From Raillietiella orientalis (taxonomy: Eukaryota), in assembly GCA_036172245.1 (NCBI GenBank), contig JAYWIR010000029.1, forward strand, positions 744,001 through 808,000: DNA of 64,000 nucleotides, read 5' to 3'. Position numbers and translations under genes: made by a program. The stretch's first letter is position 1, and each line of letters begins with the position of its first letter. Shown here piece by piece: positions 49,901 through 61,330 of this stretch. The notes beneath the pieces are model-generated. The model was given only the letters and a program-made list of their open reading frames with translations. It ran no database searches and was not told the origin of the DNA.

Positions 49901-51330
49901 CCTCCCCCCCCCCCCAGATAAGCGGGAGAAACGGCATCCCCAACTGAAGGAAGGAAGGACGCGAGATAAAAAAATTCCATCTGGCATCCCGATGAAGGGG
50001 CGAGACGCACGCACACCGGCAAGGGGCCGGGAATTCCGAAAAGAAAAAACGTTGGTACGCTGACCGGAAATGCCGTAATGACGACGGGGAAACGAAGCCG
50101 CACGAAAGGTAACTGGACTTTCCCAGCTCGAGTGCGCCCTGTCTTTTGCAGCAGCAGCAGCAGCAGCAGCAGTGCTCGGCGCACGCACGCCGGTTGATCT
50201 TTGGTGGCAAACACAAAAGGTGGTGGTAAGCGGAAGGAAACACCACCTTCGCGATTAGGACCACCTGCTTGCAAACGCGAAAACTGCACCAAAGCTGGAT
50301 TACATGGGAGAAAAAGAGTTCATGGTGTACGTTGAACCTCTAGATGGAAAACACCAGTGTTTGCGCTCTTGCGAGTTACCTTCCAACGAAACGGTGGCAC
50401 AAGAAGGAAATCCCCCCCCCCCCTGATTTTTTTTTTTCTTTTTTATGAGCGCAAGATGTTCGTTCTGCAAGTGCTGGACGTGTTTTAGCTCGCCCGACAA
50501 AGCGAAACAGGCTTTGGGGAGCTCAGGAAAAGTGCCCAACTTTCTGTTCCTGAAGCTGAACCGATCAGCAGCTCGTCAGCAACGCACAGCACGTCCCTGA
50601 CACTGGGCGAACCCCTGATGCATCCGTTTCCGAACCATGAGACGTGTCGGCCGAATGATCAAAGCATGGACTTCCCTTTTCCGCTATATGGATCTGGCAG
50701 CACTGCGTACCCGCCGCCGTACTACATGCCGAGTTTTCGCCGTTGGTTTCTTTTGCTATCCGCGCCTCCTCAAACGTGGCAAGGCCGCTCGCCTCCGTTG
50801 CCTAAGCAACCTCGCAGGCATCGAGAGCGACCCGTTTCTGCACCCCGGCTCCCCATCGCGGTCAGAAAGCGAGCGCGGGGCGAAACACACACACACAAAA
50901 GAACCCTCAAAGAACCAACAGGCAAAATACCTTCCAAGCAAAACACGCTGCAACCATCTTGCTTCAGCCTTTTGTGCAGCACGCTGATCACTGAGCGCAC
51001 GCACGCATCTTCCGGAGATCCCGCTCCACACAACACGATCACATGAGATTCACAGGCGCGAAGGAAACGCTCGCGACAAGTTCGGTCCGGAATGATGGAG
51101 GCGACACTGGCCTTGCCCGTAGCCAGGCGACGCAACAGCAAGGCTGGAATGTTGACATTGATGGCATGGCGGATGTGCGACTTGTCGAACTCTGGTCCGC
51201 TGCGGCAGTCCAGGACCAAGACATCCTTGCTGCAGCAGAGGCTCTCCAGCATGGCCTTCCGGCTGATTTCCTGATAAGTGGACAGGGTCATCGCGTCCAT
51301 CACATTCTCCAGAACGATCATCGCCCTCAT
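43975..51330 (-). CDS. Mkp3: Dual-specificity MAPK phosphatase of the DUSP6/7/9 (Mkp3) class, 4 exons, ~380 aa
   Basis: Exons 51330-50931, 46235-45967, 45889-45754, 44312-43975; 1143 nt, in frame. Rhodanese domain LDCRS..F..SHI..AINV.IP with KIM LLLRRL and [14 protein letters not shown]; catalytic domain [48 protein letters not shown]. Start ATG uncertain (several nearby Met codons). Confidence 0.95.
46750..47200 (+). mobile_element. Possible decayed LINE ORF1 (gag-like zinc knuckle) remnant in DUSP intron 1
   Basis: Frameshifted fragments C..SWGHT, HWSGDDC and LNCRE..PSRAPPC resemble three tandem CCHC knuckles. Confidence 0.3.
47270..47470 (-). mobile_element. Putative tRNA-derived SINE-like repeat, copy 1
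   Basis: Colinear blocks shared with 53748-53990; degenerate B-box GGTTCGGATTCC on minus at 47455-47444. Confidence 0.65.
48401..48420. repeat. (TG)10 microsatellite
   Basis: Seen directly. Confidence 0.9.
50148..50172. repeat. (GCA)8 microsatellite
   Basis: Seen directly, in DUSP intron 1. Confidence 0.9.
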
Positions 51331-51429
51331 CCTACCTACGTTCCCGCGACACGCCACTGTCGCATCGGGACCACAAACGCATCTGCGAGGAATGGCGTTT
51401 CAAAAATGAGCCGTGAAAGTCGTTCCTCC

Positions 51430-51640
51430 GTCACGTGATCCGGGACCGGCCAATGAGCGCGGCGCGTGACGTCACCCTTCCTTCATTCTATCGGTTGGGC
51501 GGATTTTTTTTTTTTTTTTTTTTTCCCGCCCTCTTCCTCACCGCCGCGGAAACCCGGAGTCGCGGGTCCGACCCACGCCCACTGCCGATTTCGTTTCCTG
51601 CGCCCGGGTTTCTCCCACGTCTGGCGGGCCGGAAGAATCC
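51430..51640 (-). promoter_or_regulatory. Putative proximal promoter of the DUSP gene
   Basis: TCACGTGA 51431-51438, CCAAT 51450-51454, GTGACGTCAC 51466-51475, GGGCGG 51497-51502 and CCGGAAG 51629-51635, all 100-300 bp upstream of the first ATG. Confidence 0.55.
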
Positions 51641-52599
51641 ACGCGAGCTCCCGTAGGAGGCCTCCTTTTTTTTTTTTTTTTCGCAGGCACCGCCGCTTGC
51701 GGGCACGCGCGCGTACAACGGTTCGGCGCCGTGCGCCGTCGACTGGCGCGCGGCACCGCCGGGGCATGGGCACGGGGGAAGAACGGTCGGCCGGGAGAGG
51801 CGACCAGCAAGGTCGCCGGTGCGCCTCCCGAAGAGACTCCCGAACGCCTCTTTGACAGGGGACGGTGCGGGTGAGTCGTCACGGAACCACTGCTCCGCCT
51901 ACCCCCCCTCCAGCACAACGCCCTCGGAGCGGCGGTAGGACAGTCAAGGAGTCCTTCTCGCCAGGATCACAGGGTCCCAGGGAGGAGGGAGTCACTTGCA
52001 CGAAGCAATGCTTGCAGGTCGGGCAGACGTTCGGTACGAGGGCAAAGGTCACAGGAGGGGGAGGACTCACCCGGGGGCCTCTGCGACCGCGCAATCTCGC
52101 ACCCCTTCCGGGGCTTCCCCTCTACGCAAAGGGAATCCAACGGCCTCCTCCCGTGTCTCTGCGCGCGCGCGCTCCTCCTGGCTGCCATCGGCGTCGGACG
52201 TTGGCAGGACTCTCCTCTTCCGGCACACGTGCGTGTGTGAGAAAGGGGGGGATTTTCAGGAGGCGAGGTCCATCCAGCATCTGGGTCAGTCCTTGGGGTT
52301 GACGGCACCCCAATGCAGCGCTTCGGAGGGAGGCGGCATCTTCGAGCCTCCCGCTGCCGCCACTGCTGGAACTCCGGTCGCGAGGCTCCCAAGCGCCGCC
52401 GATCGGGCGGGTCGTCCTGGGGGGGAGGAGAAGACGAACCGGACTCAGGCCCTCCTGCGCCACCCTTCCCGAAAAGCGCGTGCGCGGAAGAGCGCGGGAG
52501 CATGAGGGTCCCGGGCGGCGCTTACGCACCCGCGCCACCTCGCCCTTGACGGCTCCGGAAGGGCCGGGGAAGACGGTAGGGGCGAGAAGGGTTCTCCCG

Positions 52600-55190
52600 G
52601 AGCTTTCCTTTGCACCCCGAGAGAGGATCGGGGGAACCCGACGGGGTGTCCCCGTTCTTCCGCTGCGGGTTGAATCTCCAACCCCGTGGAGGAGGGACGG
52701 AAGAGGGCGCACCTCCCCTTCGGTTACTGACCCGACCCTCCTCCCCCCCCCCCCAGAAATAAGAGCAGCCTCCTCCTTTACCCCCAAAGGACCTCCGTCC
52801 GAGGACGAAGCCGGGAAGACGAGGAGGGGTATCCGTCCGCTGCCCCCGCCTTCGTCTTTCCCGCGGTGTCCCCCTGGCGAGCTTGCGGCACTGGGGAGTG
52901 CCGGCTGGAGTCGAAGGCGAACTCTCCTTCCGCCTCGAGCACGAGGACCTTCGCAGAAGACCTGGAGTGAAGGAGGGCGCGACTGGCGGTCTTCTCCCCT
53001 TCCCATTGGGTTTCCGAGACAAAAGGCCGGGATCTCCTCGACCCCTTGTGCATAGGAGAGACCTAGCAATCTCCATGGTGCATCCCTCCATGCCACGCTT
53101 CCTGTTCACCGTGGTCAGGGCATACGATGTCCAGCCGAACATGCGCTGCCGGAAGCGGCTCCCTCCACTGCCCCCCTTTTCGACCGAACCCAGACGGTTC
53201 CCACGGATACGCGACGGCGGCGCTGCTCTCTTCGAGAGAAGCCATATTCCTCCCAGCGGCGCTGCTCCTCCCCGTTCCTTCATTTTACCCCCCCCCCCCT
53301 ATTCCCCGAGACCGCCTTTTGCTGCGCTCCCCGAGTGCCCTCCTCCGTCCAGCAGGTGAGTCCCCAAGAGGTCTCATTGTTGCCTCCGAGAGGGCGGGCG
53401 CGTCTGGCGCTGATTGGCCGCATCGCGTCGCGAAAGGCAAGAGGAAGAGGAGACGAGGAGAACTGGTTCCCTCCGGCAGGATCGGTCGACCGGGAGGCCA
53501 AGGAGGCAGGAACGCTCCAGACCTTCCCTGCATGGTGCTCGCAGTTTCCTCTCCCGAACTCACCTCCTGCGCTGCCTCCGCCCCCCCTTCCGCGTTTCCT
53601 TCGAGCACCAATGGCTCAACCGTCCGCTCCCACAGTTTGTACCCCAATCCAAAGCCCCGGTCCGCCCGAGCATTGAAGGACAGATGGTCATAGAAGGACG
53701 CACCACCTCTTGCTCCCCGCGTATGTCCCCTCTCACGCTTGGTGAGGAACCCCGAAGGAAACCGGCGCTCTTTGAGTCCTGGAAGGACCCCGGAGGATCC
53801 ACTTCCGACCCCGGTCACTCTTCGAGGGCATCCGGCTTTTTACCAGCTTCTACCGGTGTCTCACCCAATTGTATGCCAACCAGCGGCATCCTATGTGTGT
53901 GGGGGGGCCGACACTCGAAACCCACGACGAACACCCCGTTCTCGGCGTCCATCCTTCCCCAGGCAGGATTCGAACCTTTGACTCTCGGTTCATTGGAAAC
54001 ATCTCTCAGGACCCGTGTCTCCTCCCCTCGCTTTCCCCCCGAACCAGCCTTGGCTGGTCGCGTGGTTCCATGGGCCGTGGAAGAATTCCCGGAAGAAGAA
54101 GAAGCAAAATACCCCGTAAACCCCCCCAGGTGTCCGTAGATCCGCAGCTCTTCCGGCCGAGGGGGAGGCTCGACATCCGATGTCTTGCAGGGAGACGCAC
54201 AGGTGGATGGGGGAGGGGGCAGCGCCTGCCTCGCCCTTTTTCCGCATCTTGAGGACCCCGAGACAGGTGAGGGTGCTGACGCCCGAGATCCCGCTGGCAT
54301 CCCCACGCCCACTCGCCGAACGCCGTGCTGTGCGGCCGAGAACCCTCCAAGTAGAGATGCTCGAGGCCATCCCGCCTACTGGGGTTGCCTCAGTGGCCTG
54401 GTCTGCGAAGACTTTCCACCTGACGACACCCCAGTCTTTCTCTTAACGGCGGAAAAAGAGTTTCGCCCGTGTCTCCTGAGTACCACCTATCTACCCACCC
54501 CCTTTTCCAGGGGTTTCTCTGGCGCAGAAAACACAGATCGGGTCCGCCAAACTTCTGTTGGGGATGGTCCCCATAGCGACCGATGTCAGTCTTCAAAGAT
54601 GTCAGTCTTCTTTAACTTCTTCGTGCCCCAGGGGGTTCTGTTTGCGAATCTTTCCAGATTGAGTTTCACCTTCCCGCGGCGCGCGCCTTGCCGCCGCTGC
54701 CAGGAGAGCGCCTCCTCGCTTGGTCTAGAAGCGGTTGAAGAGAGGTAGCGCATTCTAGGAAATCGGATGGGAGAGTCTACAGCGCTCTGTTGCAGAATCA
54801 GCAGCCTCCCGTTCCTGGAAACGGAATCCCTTTGAATCTTTCCCCCCTTCCAGCGAAACCTGCTGCATCCCAGGTCTCGTTGTGCCCTTCCGGACACCTG
54901 CGTCCGGTGCTCCCAGGAGACGAACTTGGCAACTGCTTGTCGTCGTTCCAATGTTCCGAAGAGAAAAGCCGATTGCGCGTGGAAGACTCCTTCATCAATC
55001 CGCTCAAGGTTGCATCCGTTCCGGGAACGCCTCGTTTGGTCCCGACGGCCACTACGTGCTCCGCGCCCGTCAGCTGATGGCCTGCTGTTTCTGATCTGTT
55101 GGTCAGCGATTCCGCATTCCGTTTGGTTCCCCTTCAGGATGCTCACGACCAGTTTCTCACGAAAAAAACCCTCTTGACTTGCCACCCGGT
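52600..55190 (-). mobile_element. Heavily decayed Tx1/L1-like ORF2 (copy E)
   Basis: In order on minus: KRGVPGTD (~55030; cf. KSPG.DG), DSPIRFPRMRY (~54775; cf. WRPI.LLN.DY), DHPQQKF..D.CFL (~54565; cf. DQEKAFDRV..FL), HVRLDIVC (~53140; cf. RVRLKDLC in the neighbouring copies). Confidence 0.5.
53748..53990 (-). mobile_element. Putative tRNA-derived SINE-like repeat, copy 2
   Basis: Perfect B-box GGTTCGAATCC on minus (53976-53966); body homologous to 47270-47470. Confidence 0.7.
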
Positions 55191-55204
55191 CACGCCGGAG
55201 CGTT

Positions 55205-56520
55205 GTTTATTTATAAAAAATAAACATACATGTCTGTGGCAGTACGTTTGATCCTGCCTCGTTACTTGTAACTACGAGAAGGAACCTTCGAGGAATTGGC
55301 ACGCAGGCCAAAGGGGGGCTTCGCCTCGGAAGCATAGGAGAAGGAGAGACAAACAAAAAGAAAAAGAATAAAACAAAAAACATACAGTCAAAAAATAGGG
55401 GTGGAGGGTTTGGGAAGGGATCACTGTGTGCTGGAGGGTGTCCTCTGCATCCTTGTAAGGGTGCTGGCAAGTTCCTGTTTCAAGGCTTCCAGATGGGACC
55501 ATCTTGACGCTGACCTCATGAAGGGAACAACAAAATAAATGGATCCGCAAACTCACGTTTCACATGAGACGGAGGGCAACACAATCCATAAGCAGCTGAG
55601 GCAGGGACTCGCTCTCTCGCCACACCTGCCTCAATTTGGGTCTACACTCCTCGGGGTCCAAAAGTGTCGTCGGACGTTGCACGGGAGGTCCCAATGCAAC
55701 AGCAGGATCGCCGACTCCTGCGACTTTAGGGAGAGGGTAGTACTGTTCCAGCAAGATGAGGGCCGCCGTACCTCCTCAGGAGGAACTTGCAGTAGCTCTC
55801 CCTAGCGTAGCAGTCCTTTTCATGGGACACTCGGAGTCGCGGCATCCGCCAGCGCCCGAGTTGCCGATATATCCAGATGTTTCTTCTTATTTTGAATTTC
55901 ACACATCACTTCCCACCTCGCTGGATGGTGGCTGTCCATTGCCCCCCTTAGGAAGGACAGCACTGGGGCGAGGGGGTTGAACGAAGCCCACAGCAGATTC
56001 CTGGTGTTTCCCAGGATCTCTTCCAGCGGCTGACTAGCGTATCTGCTGTTCCGAAGGCATATTACTCTGTCTCGCCAGTGCCATTGATTTTTCCCCATGC
56101 GAAAACGGGACTCCTGAAACGAGGCTGTCCAGTTCGCGTAGAGGACGGAGATCCAGGAGCTCTGCACAAAGGCAACCATGTTTGGAAGCTGGAGGCTAAG
56201 ATGATACAGACTTCTCTCGGTGGCTACGATGACCAAGGTCAGTCCTTCGCAGCCGACTGCCTGTTTGCCGAGGATTCTTTCCTGAGAGCACCAAGGTGTA
56301 GCCCAGAGCTTGGACACAAGGGCGAGTCTGAGGAATAGGAACTGTCGCTCCATCCACTCCAGCGTGAGGAGGCCCAGTCCACCATCCCTACGCAGAGAAC
56401 AGAGGTCTTTTAAACGGACTCTGGACCTCCCCGCGCCCCGAAGGAACGTGACAAACAAAAAGCAGGGGTCGGAACGTGTTTTACATCGCAGCCCATTCCG
56501 GCAGGTAAGACCTGCTGCTT
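55205..56520 (-). mobile_element. 5-prime-truncated Tx1/L1-like element (copy B)
   Basis: RVRLKDLCSLRRDGGLGLLTLEW, zinc-finger remnant ESLPQLLMDC, T-rich 3-prime UTR ending TAAATAAAC. Confidence 0.8.
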
Positions 56521-56539
56521 TGTAACGGACTGGGCACCA

Positions 56540-57147
56540 TTTCTACTTCTTGGAGACGGCCGAATCAGCACAAGTCCCCCAACGGAACCCCATGGTGCTT
56601 GATGTACCCGCCCGTGCGGATCCAACCCAACCGTCCGGGCCACGTTGAGCCAGTCTAGTATATGGACGACTTCGCCTTATTCATCTCAAGTCCTGTCCCG
56701 CGGCTAGGCAGCTCGAGGAATTCTTCCCAGCTGCTCGGCTCGCCCCCATGAACGACAGTACCTGGTTACAGGAAACCGTTCGCACGTGGGCGAGGAGCCA
56801 GGAGCAATGCACGGAACAGGTGCGCCGATTTCTGTTCGTGTACAACAACCGACGCACGCTCCGGGAGATCCTAGAGGATCCCGGAAAAAATGCGTGGGCA
56901 GGAAGAACTTCCTTCGCTGCAGAGCTGCCCTCCCTCAGGGAACACCTGAGCAGCAGCATCGCGGCGAAATAGGAAATTAAGGCAACCATCTCCGGAAGGG
57001 AGAAAGGACTGGGCGATTGGAAGACGGGCCAGCTCAGCGACGCTGAGACACCGCGTACACCACCCCATGGACTCTTTCTTGCGCTGGGGCGAGCTACTGG
57101 ATCTTCTATTGGAACACCTGAAGTAGCCCCTGGTGCTCATGGATACC
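56540..57147 (+). mobile_element. Internally deleted Tx1/L1-like fragment (copy D)
   Basis: YMDDFALFI (~56660), EEFF..MN, RTSFAAELPSLREHLSS and LRWGELL..PLVL.DT, all matching copy A on the opposite strand. Confidence 0.7.
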
Positions 57148-57199
57148 CTTACCCTCTCCCTGAAGTGGCAGGATTCGGCGCTGTTATCACACCCGGGTG

Positions 57200-59140
57200 C
57201 ACCAAACAAACAAACAAACAAAACTTAAAAAAACAAACAAACATCTGTAGGGCTATACAACCTCCGACCAAAACTCTAAACTTGCAGAGTAGCCAGAGCG
57301 CAAGCCGGCGAGTCCGACTCGGCAGCGGAGGGGGAAAGGACAAATAAAAACACAAACAAAAAAAGAAAACAATATTTACAAAATCAGGGGGGATCGGGGA
57401 AGGGATCACGTTCCGCTGAGTCGTCCTCTACATCCTTTCCAGGATGCCGGCAAGTTCAGTCCACATACGTCCCAGATGGGACCATCCGGCTGCCGTCTTC
57501 AGGAAGCGCAGGGCGGATCGGATGGCGTCCCTATCGTTCTGTCGACCAGTGGCGTTGCTCCAGGCCGCCATAATCCCTCGTAGGAGGCAGCAGAGGGCTG
57601 CAAGGGCTGCGGCAGGCGAAAGGGCGTCGCGCACAAAGAGGCTCTTGAATACGTCTCTAGGGTTGTTCATGGGTGCACCAAGGGTGACGTTGCGAAACGT
57701 AACCACAGGGGCCGAAGAGCAACACAGTCAAGAAGCAGGTGTGGGAGGGATTCCCGTTCCCCGCACCTGACACAGTTCGGGTCCACAACCCCCCTCGTCC
57801 AGTGAGATCGGTGGGCGTTGCTGAGGAGTCCCCAATGCAACACCAGAAACGCCGACTCCTGCCATTTCAGGGGGAGGGCCCAGGTATTCCTCAGCACTAG
57901 GGGCCACTCGAGTACATCCAGCGGGATGCTCAGCAGCTCGCCCCAGCGCAATAGTCCTTTCGGTGGGGCACTTGGGTTCGCAGCATCAGTCACCTAGCCC
58001 GTGGTCCAACCACCTTATTCCCTCTCTCGCTCCGAGATTCTGCATCAGACCTCCCAATTGGCCGGCTGACTACTGCCCAGGTGCTCTCTGAGGTAGGGCA
58101 GAGTCACGGCTAAGGAGGTCCTCTCAGTCACGCACTCGAGACGGGCTGCACGATGATGTCCTGCAGCGAGCGGCTGTTCTAAAAGGAGTGCAGCGGTCGC
58201 TGCCGCAACTCCGGGCGCGCTTCCTCGTACTGGACCCATGTGCGAAGGCTTTCCTACAACCAGGCAGTGCCGTTTGCGGGACGGCAGGAGATTCAGGTGT
58301 TCATGGTCAGCTTAAATACCACTCCCGGAGCTCCAGTCCGCAGTGGAACAAGTACCGACGTTTGCGGTGAGCTAGGAAGGTAGACAGTCCCACGCAGCAG
58401 CTGGCTCGCTCAACCAGGTATCGTGCTCCACAACTTCGCCACTAGGGCTAAAGTCCTCAACTGTAGCTGCAGTTCCAGCCACTCCAGCGTCAGGAGGCCG
58501 AGACCTCCATCGCGACGCGGAGCACACAAGTCCTTGATGCGGACTCGGGGCCTCCCTCTGCCCCAAAGGGCGATCCTCAGTAGGTCCTTTGTCCGCCTCT
58601 TCGCACCGCAGGGTGGGGGGGCAAACAAAAAGCAATTGGCGAAAAAGGGGGGGTACGAACGTGTTCCACACCACAGCCCGCTCCTGGTTTCGCTGGGGAT
58701 CCCCAAGCGAAACCAGTCCTGCTGCCCTGCCGACGACGAACCAACTGGCATCACGGACGACTTCGCTCTGTTCACCTCCAGTCCTGCCCCGCGGCGCAGC
58801 GACTCGAAAAAATTTTCACCCGCCGACGCCGGGGTGGACATGGGGATCAGCAGCAGAAGATCGTCCGCATACCACGCCACGGCCGGTGTACCTGGGCATA
58901 CGCGCGGCAGGCGAGCTAGAGTATCCCTGTATGTCCTCAGCGCCAACTCCAAGTAGATGGTGAAGTTCAGGGGGATCAGACTATCACCTCGCCTTACGAC
59001 GCGGCGAACGGGCGCGCCATACACTTGCCAGCCGCTGAAAAAGATGCCAATGATAGCATTGCGCCAGCAGGAACGCAGATAAGCCAGAAAGATGCTCGGA
59101 AATCTCATGCGTTCCAGGACTTCCGACGCCCTGATCCGGG
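57200..59140 (-). mobile_element. 5-prime-truncated Tx1/L1-like non-LTR retrotransposon with RT domain (copy A, best preserved, frameshifted)
   Basis: VRRGDSLIPL (RQGDPLSP), WYADD, LEVNRAKS, RRDGGLG, zf-RVT CVRCGERESLPHLLLDC, ORF stop at 57428, T-rich 3-prime UTR. Confidence 0.9.
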
Positions 59141-59149
59141 GAATCTTTT

Positions 59150-61330
59150 CCGTCATCCTCCTTCCTTCCCATTGCTCCCTTCTGAGGGCTCCTGTCCCAT
59201 CTCTGACTCTTCTTGACTACGCCTTTGTTCTGATGGCGAAACAAAGGCGTAGTCAAGTACCGAACCACCTCTTCGGTTCTTATGGTGGCACATTTGAAAA
59301 GCGTGACTTTTCGCCCGCTTGCCGGTCTAGGCAGGTTCCTCGTCTTCGATGGCAGGCTGCCGCGTAGGTCACCGCACCAGGGAACGCTGCTACACGGTCG
59401 ACAGTTCCCTTTTTTCGCTCTTTCCAAAGCTGCGCCGAAACTGCTCAGAGTTCGGAGAAGTGCTAACAGGTGTTAGGAATGCAAAAAAAGGAAAAAGAAT
59501 CACGTGGCTGCCGCTCCGTTTGAGGTGCGCACACTTCCCTTTCCGTTTGGAGAAACCGCAGAGTCCAGATAAAGATTTCGTTTTCACTATGAGAGGAAAC
59601 TTGCTTGCCATTCAGTGATTTCCCACTTCGCTATTTCCCCCCAGGCAGCGAGGCTCGGGGACTTCTTCGAGCGGATCCGCAACGGCTGGTCGTGCCGGTG
59701 GTGCGTCGTGGGAGGAGCAGGCCGACTGGATCCACCTGGAGATCCCCACGGGCAGGTAATTTAAGTACCTTGTCGTTTCATTGGGCGACTTCTGCTCTCC
59801 AGAAGCGTGGTCGGCCTGCCTTCAAAAGGCGGAGATGGCTCTCGGCCCGTTCCTCGACGGCAAGTTCGTCTTGCCAGAGCGGGTTTTCATCGGGTTTCAA
59901 TACTTTTGTTGCCCCCCTCCTTTGCCCTTATTTTTTGCTTGCTCCCTCCTCTCATAAAGTGAGGATCCGGGCGCCGCGCCTTTTACGTAAAGCCTTGTGG
60001 GACTCTTCAATGTCACGGATTAGTTTGAAAGACTTGGTGGAGCCGCGCCAGAACGCTGACTTGGGCATCCTGACTATGGTGAAGATCGAGCTGCAGGTTC
60101 AATTCTGACTTTTCTCCCTGTGTGAGAAATTGTGGTTCTCTCATTGGTGTGCCCCGGCACACCACATCCTCCAGCGATGCGTTGGGAACGCAGGACTTCT
60201 TTTGCTGCTGCCGCTCAATCTACGCCGGAAGACTGGATTCGGCTACCCCCTGAGGCATCTGTCCTCGTTGCTGCTAGCCCATCCGTGGATCTTCTGCCAC
60301 CCCATCAACTGGAATGTCTGACGGCAGGAAGTTCTGGAGCACTAGACTGCCACTTTGGAAGTGCGTCCAGAGGAACGGCGACCGCTGCAGGGTCTGCTAC
60401 GCAAACCGCTGGAGATCTGCCGGATTGAACGCAATGGTCTCGGATAGCCGTCACACTTCTTGCCGCAGCGCTGTCGGCCCTCAGGGCAACCATGATAGCG
60501 GCCAACCGGAAGGGTGGGAGTTCTCCTGCAACATTTTAGGAGTCGAAAAACTCCTAAACGGCTGCAAGACGAGCGAGTTGGTGAATGCCGCCATTCCTTG
60601 TTTCCGGGCAAAGGGACTCCTTCGATGGAGTGGAGTGACCTGCTTGGTGTGACCCCGAAGAACTTGTGGTTCCTTCCCTTTGCGTGGACACTTCCTTGTT
60701 CCCGTTACGATGGAAACAGGGTGTTCTGCCGTTTCTGCACTAGGGATTCCAGTGCAATCAGCGCAGAACCCGGTTTATCCACGAACTGTTCCAGTTGCGG
60801 TGCGATGGGATCGCTCTCGCATCTCCTACTGGACTGCAGTGCCTCGAGGATTTGTGGCGGAGACTGGCTTCGCCGCCCCGTCGAGCACAGGATACTGCAA
60901 AGGATTTGCTGTGATAACTTTTCACAGAAAGCAGACTGCAGAAGAGCGCTGTGATTGCAACAGTCGGTTTCATCCGCGCCATAGTGACAGTCTGCCGTGT
61001 TCTAGAATCAAGTTCGCGGCGAAGAGGGGTCGCCACTTTGGCAGGTGCCCTCATCAGAAGAGCAAGGTGGTTTCGTATGCCAGAAGTCTCCAGGGAGATC
61101 ACCACCATCCACAGCCGCTTTTAAAGAGGAAAGAACGTCTGAAACCAAAGACTCCTTATCCCCACCCTCCCATATTTTTTCATTTATTTATTGTCTCCTT
61201 TCTCCGTTCCCTACTTTTTGAAAGCCGATCTGCGTGCTGGTGGTTATCCTAGATGAAATTTTTTTTTTGACACTTGTTTTTTGAGGGGATAATTTCCCAT
61301 CTTACTTGTGGTTTATTTTTTAAAATAAAC
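59150..61330 (+). mobile_element. Decayed Tx1/L1-like element (copy C)
   Basis: FRPLAGL, PHQGTLLHGRQ, DFFE..DWIHLEIP, ALW..RISLKDLVEPRQNADLGILT, CSSCGAMGSLSHLLLDC, 3-prime UTR ending AAATAAAC at ~61330. Confidence 0.8.

Noticed and set aside
53940..54030. Functional tRNA gene
   Set aside because: B-box and T-arm are present but I could not form an acceptor stem or D-arm; homology with 47.3-47.5 kb points to a SINE.
44500..55100. Numerous long ORFs such as 45907-47280, 48850-49845 and 52122-53096
   Set aside because: Shadow frames of DUSP exons, GC-rich introns and TE relics; no family motifs beyond those already assigned.
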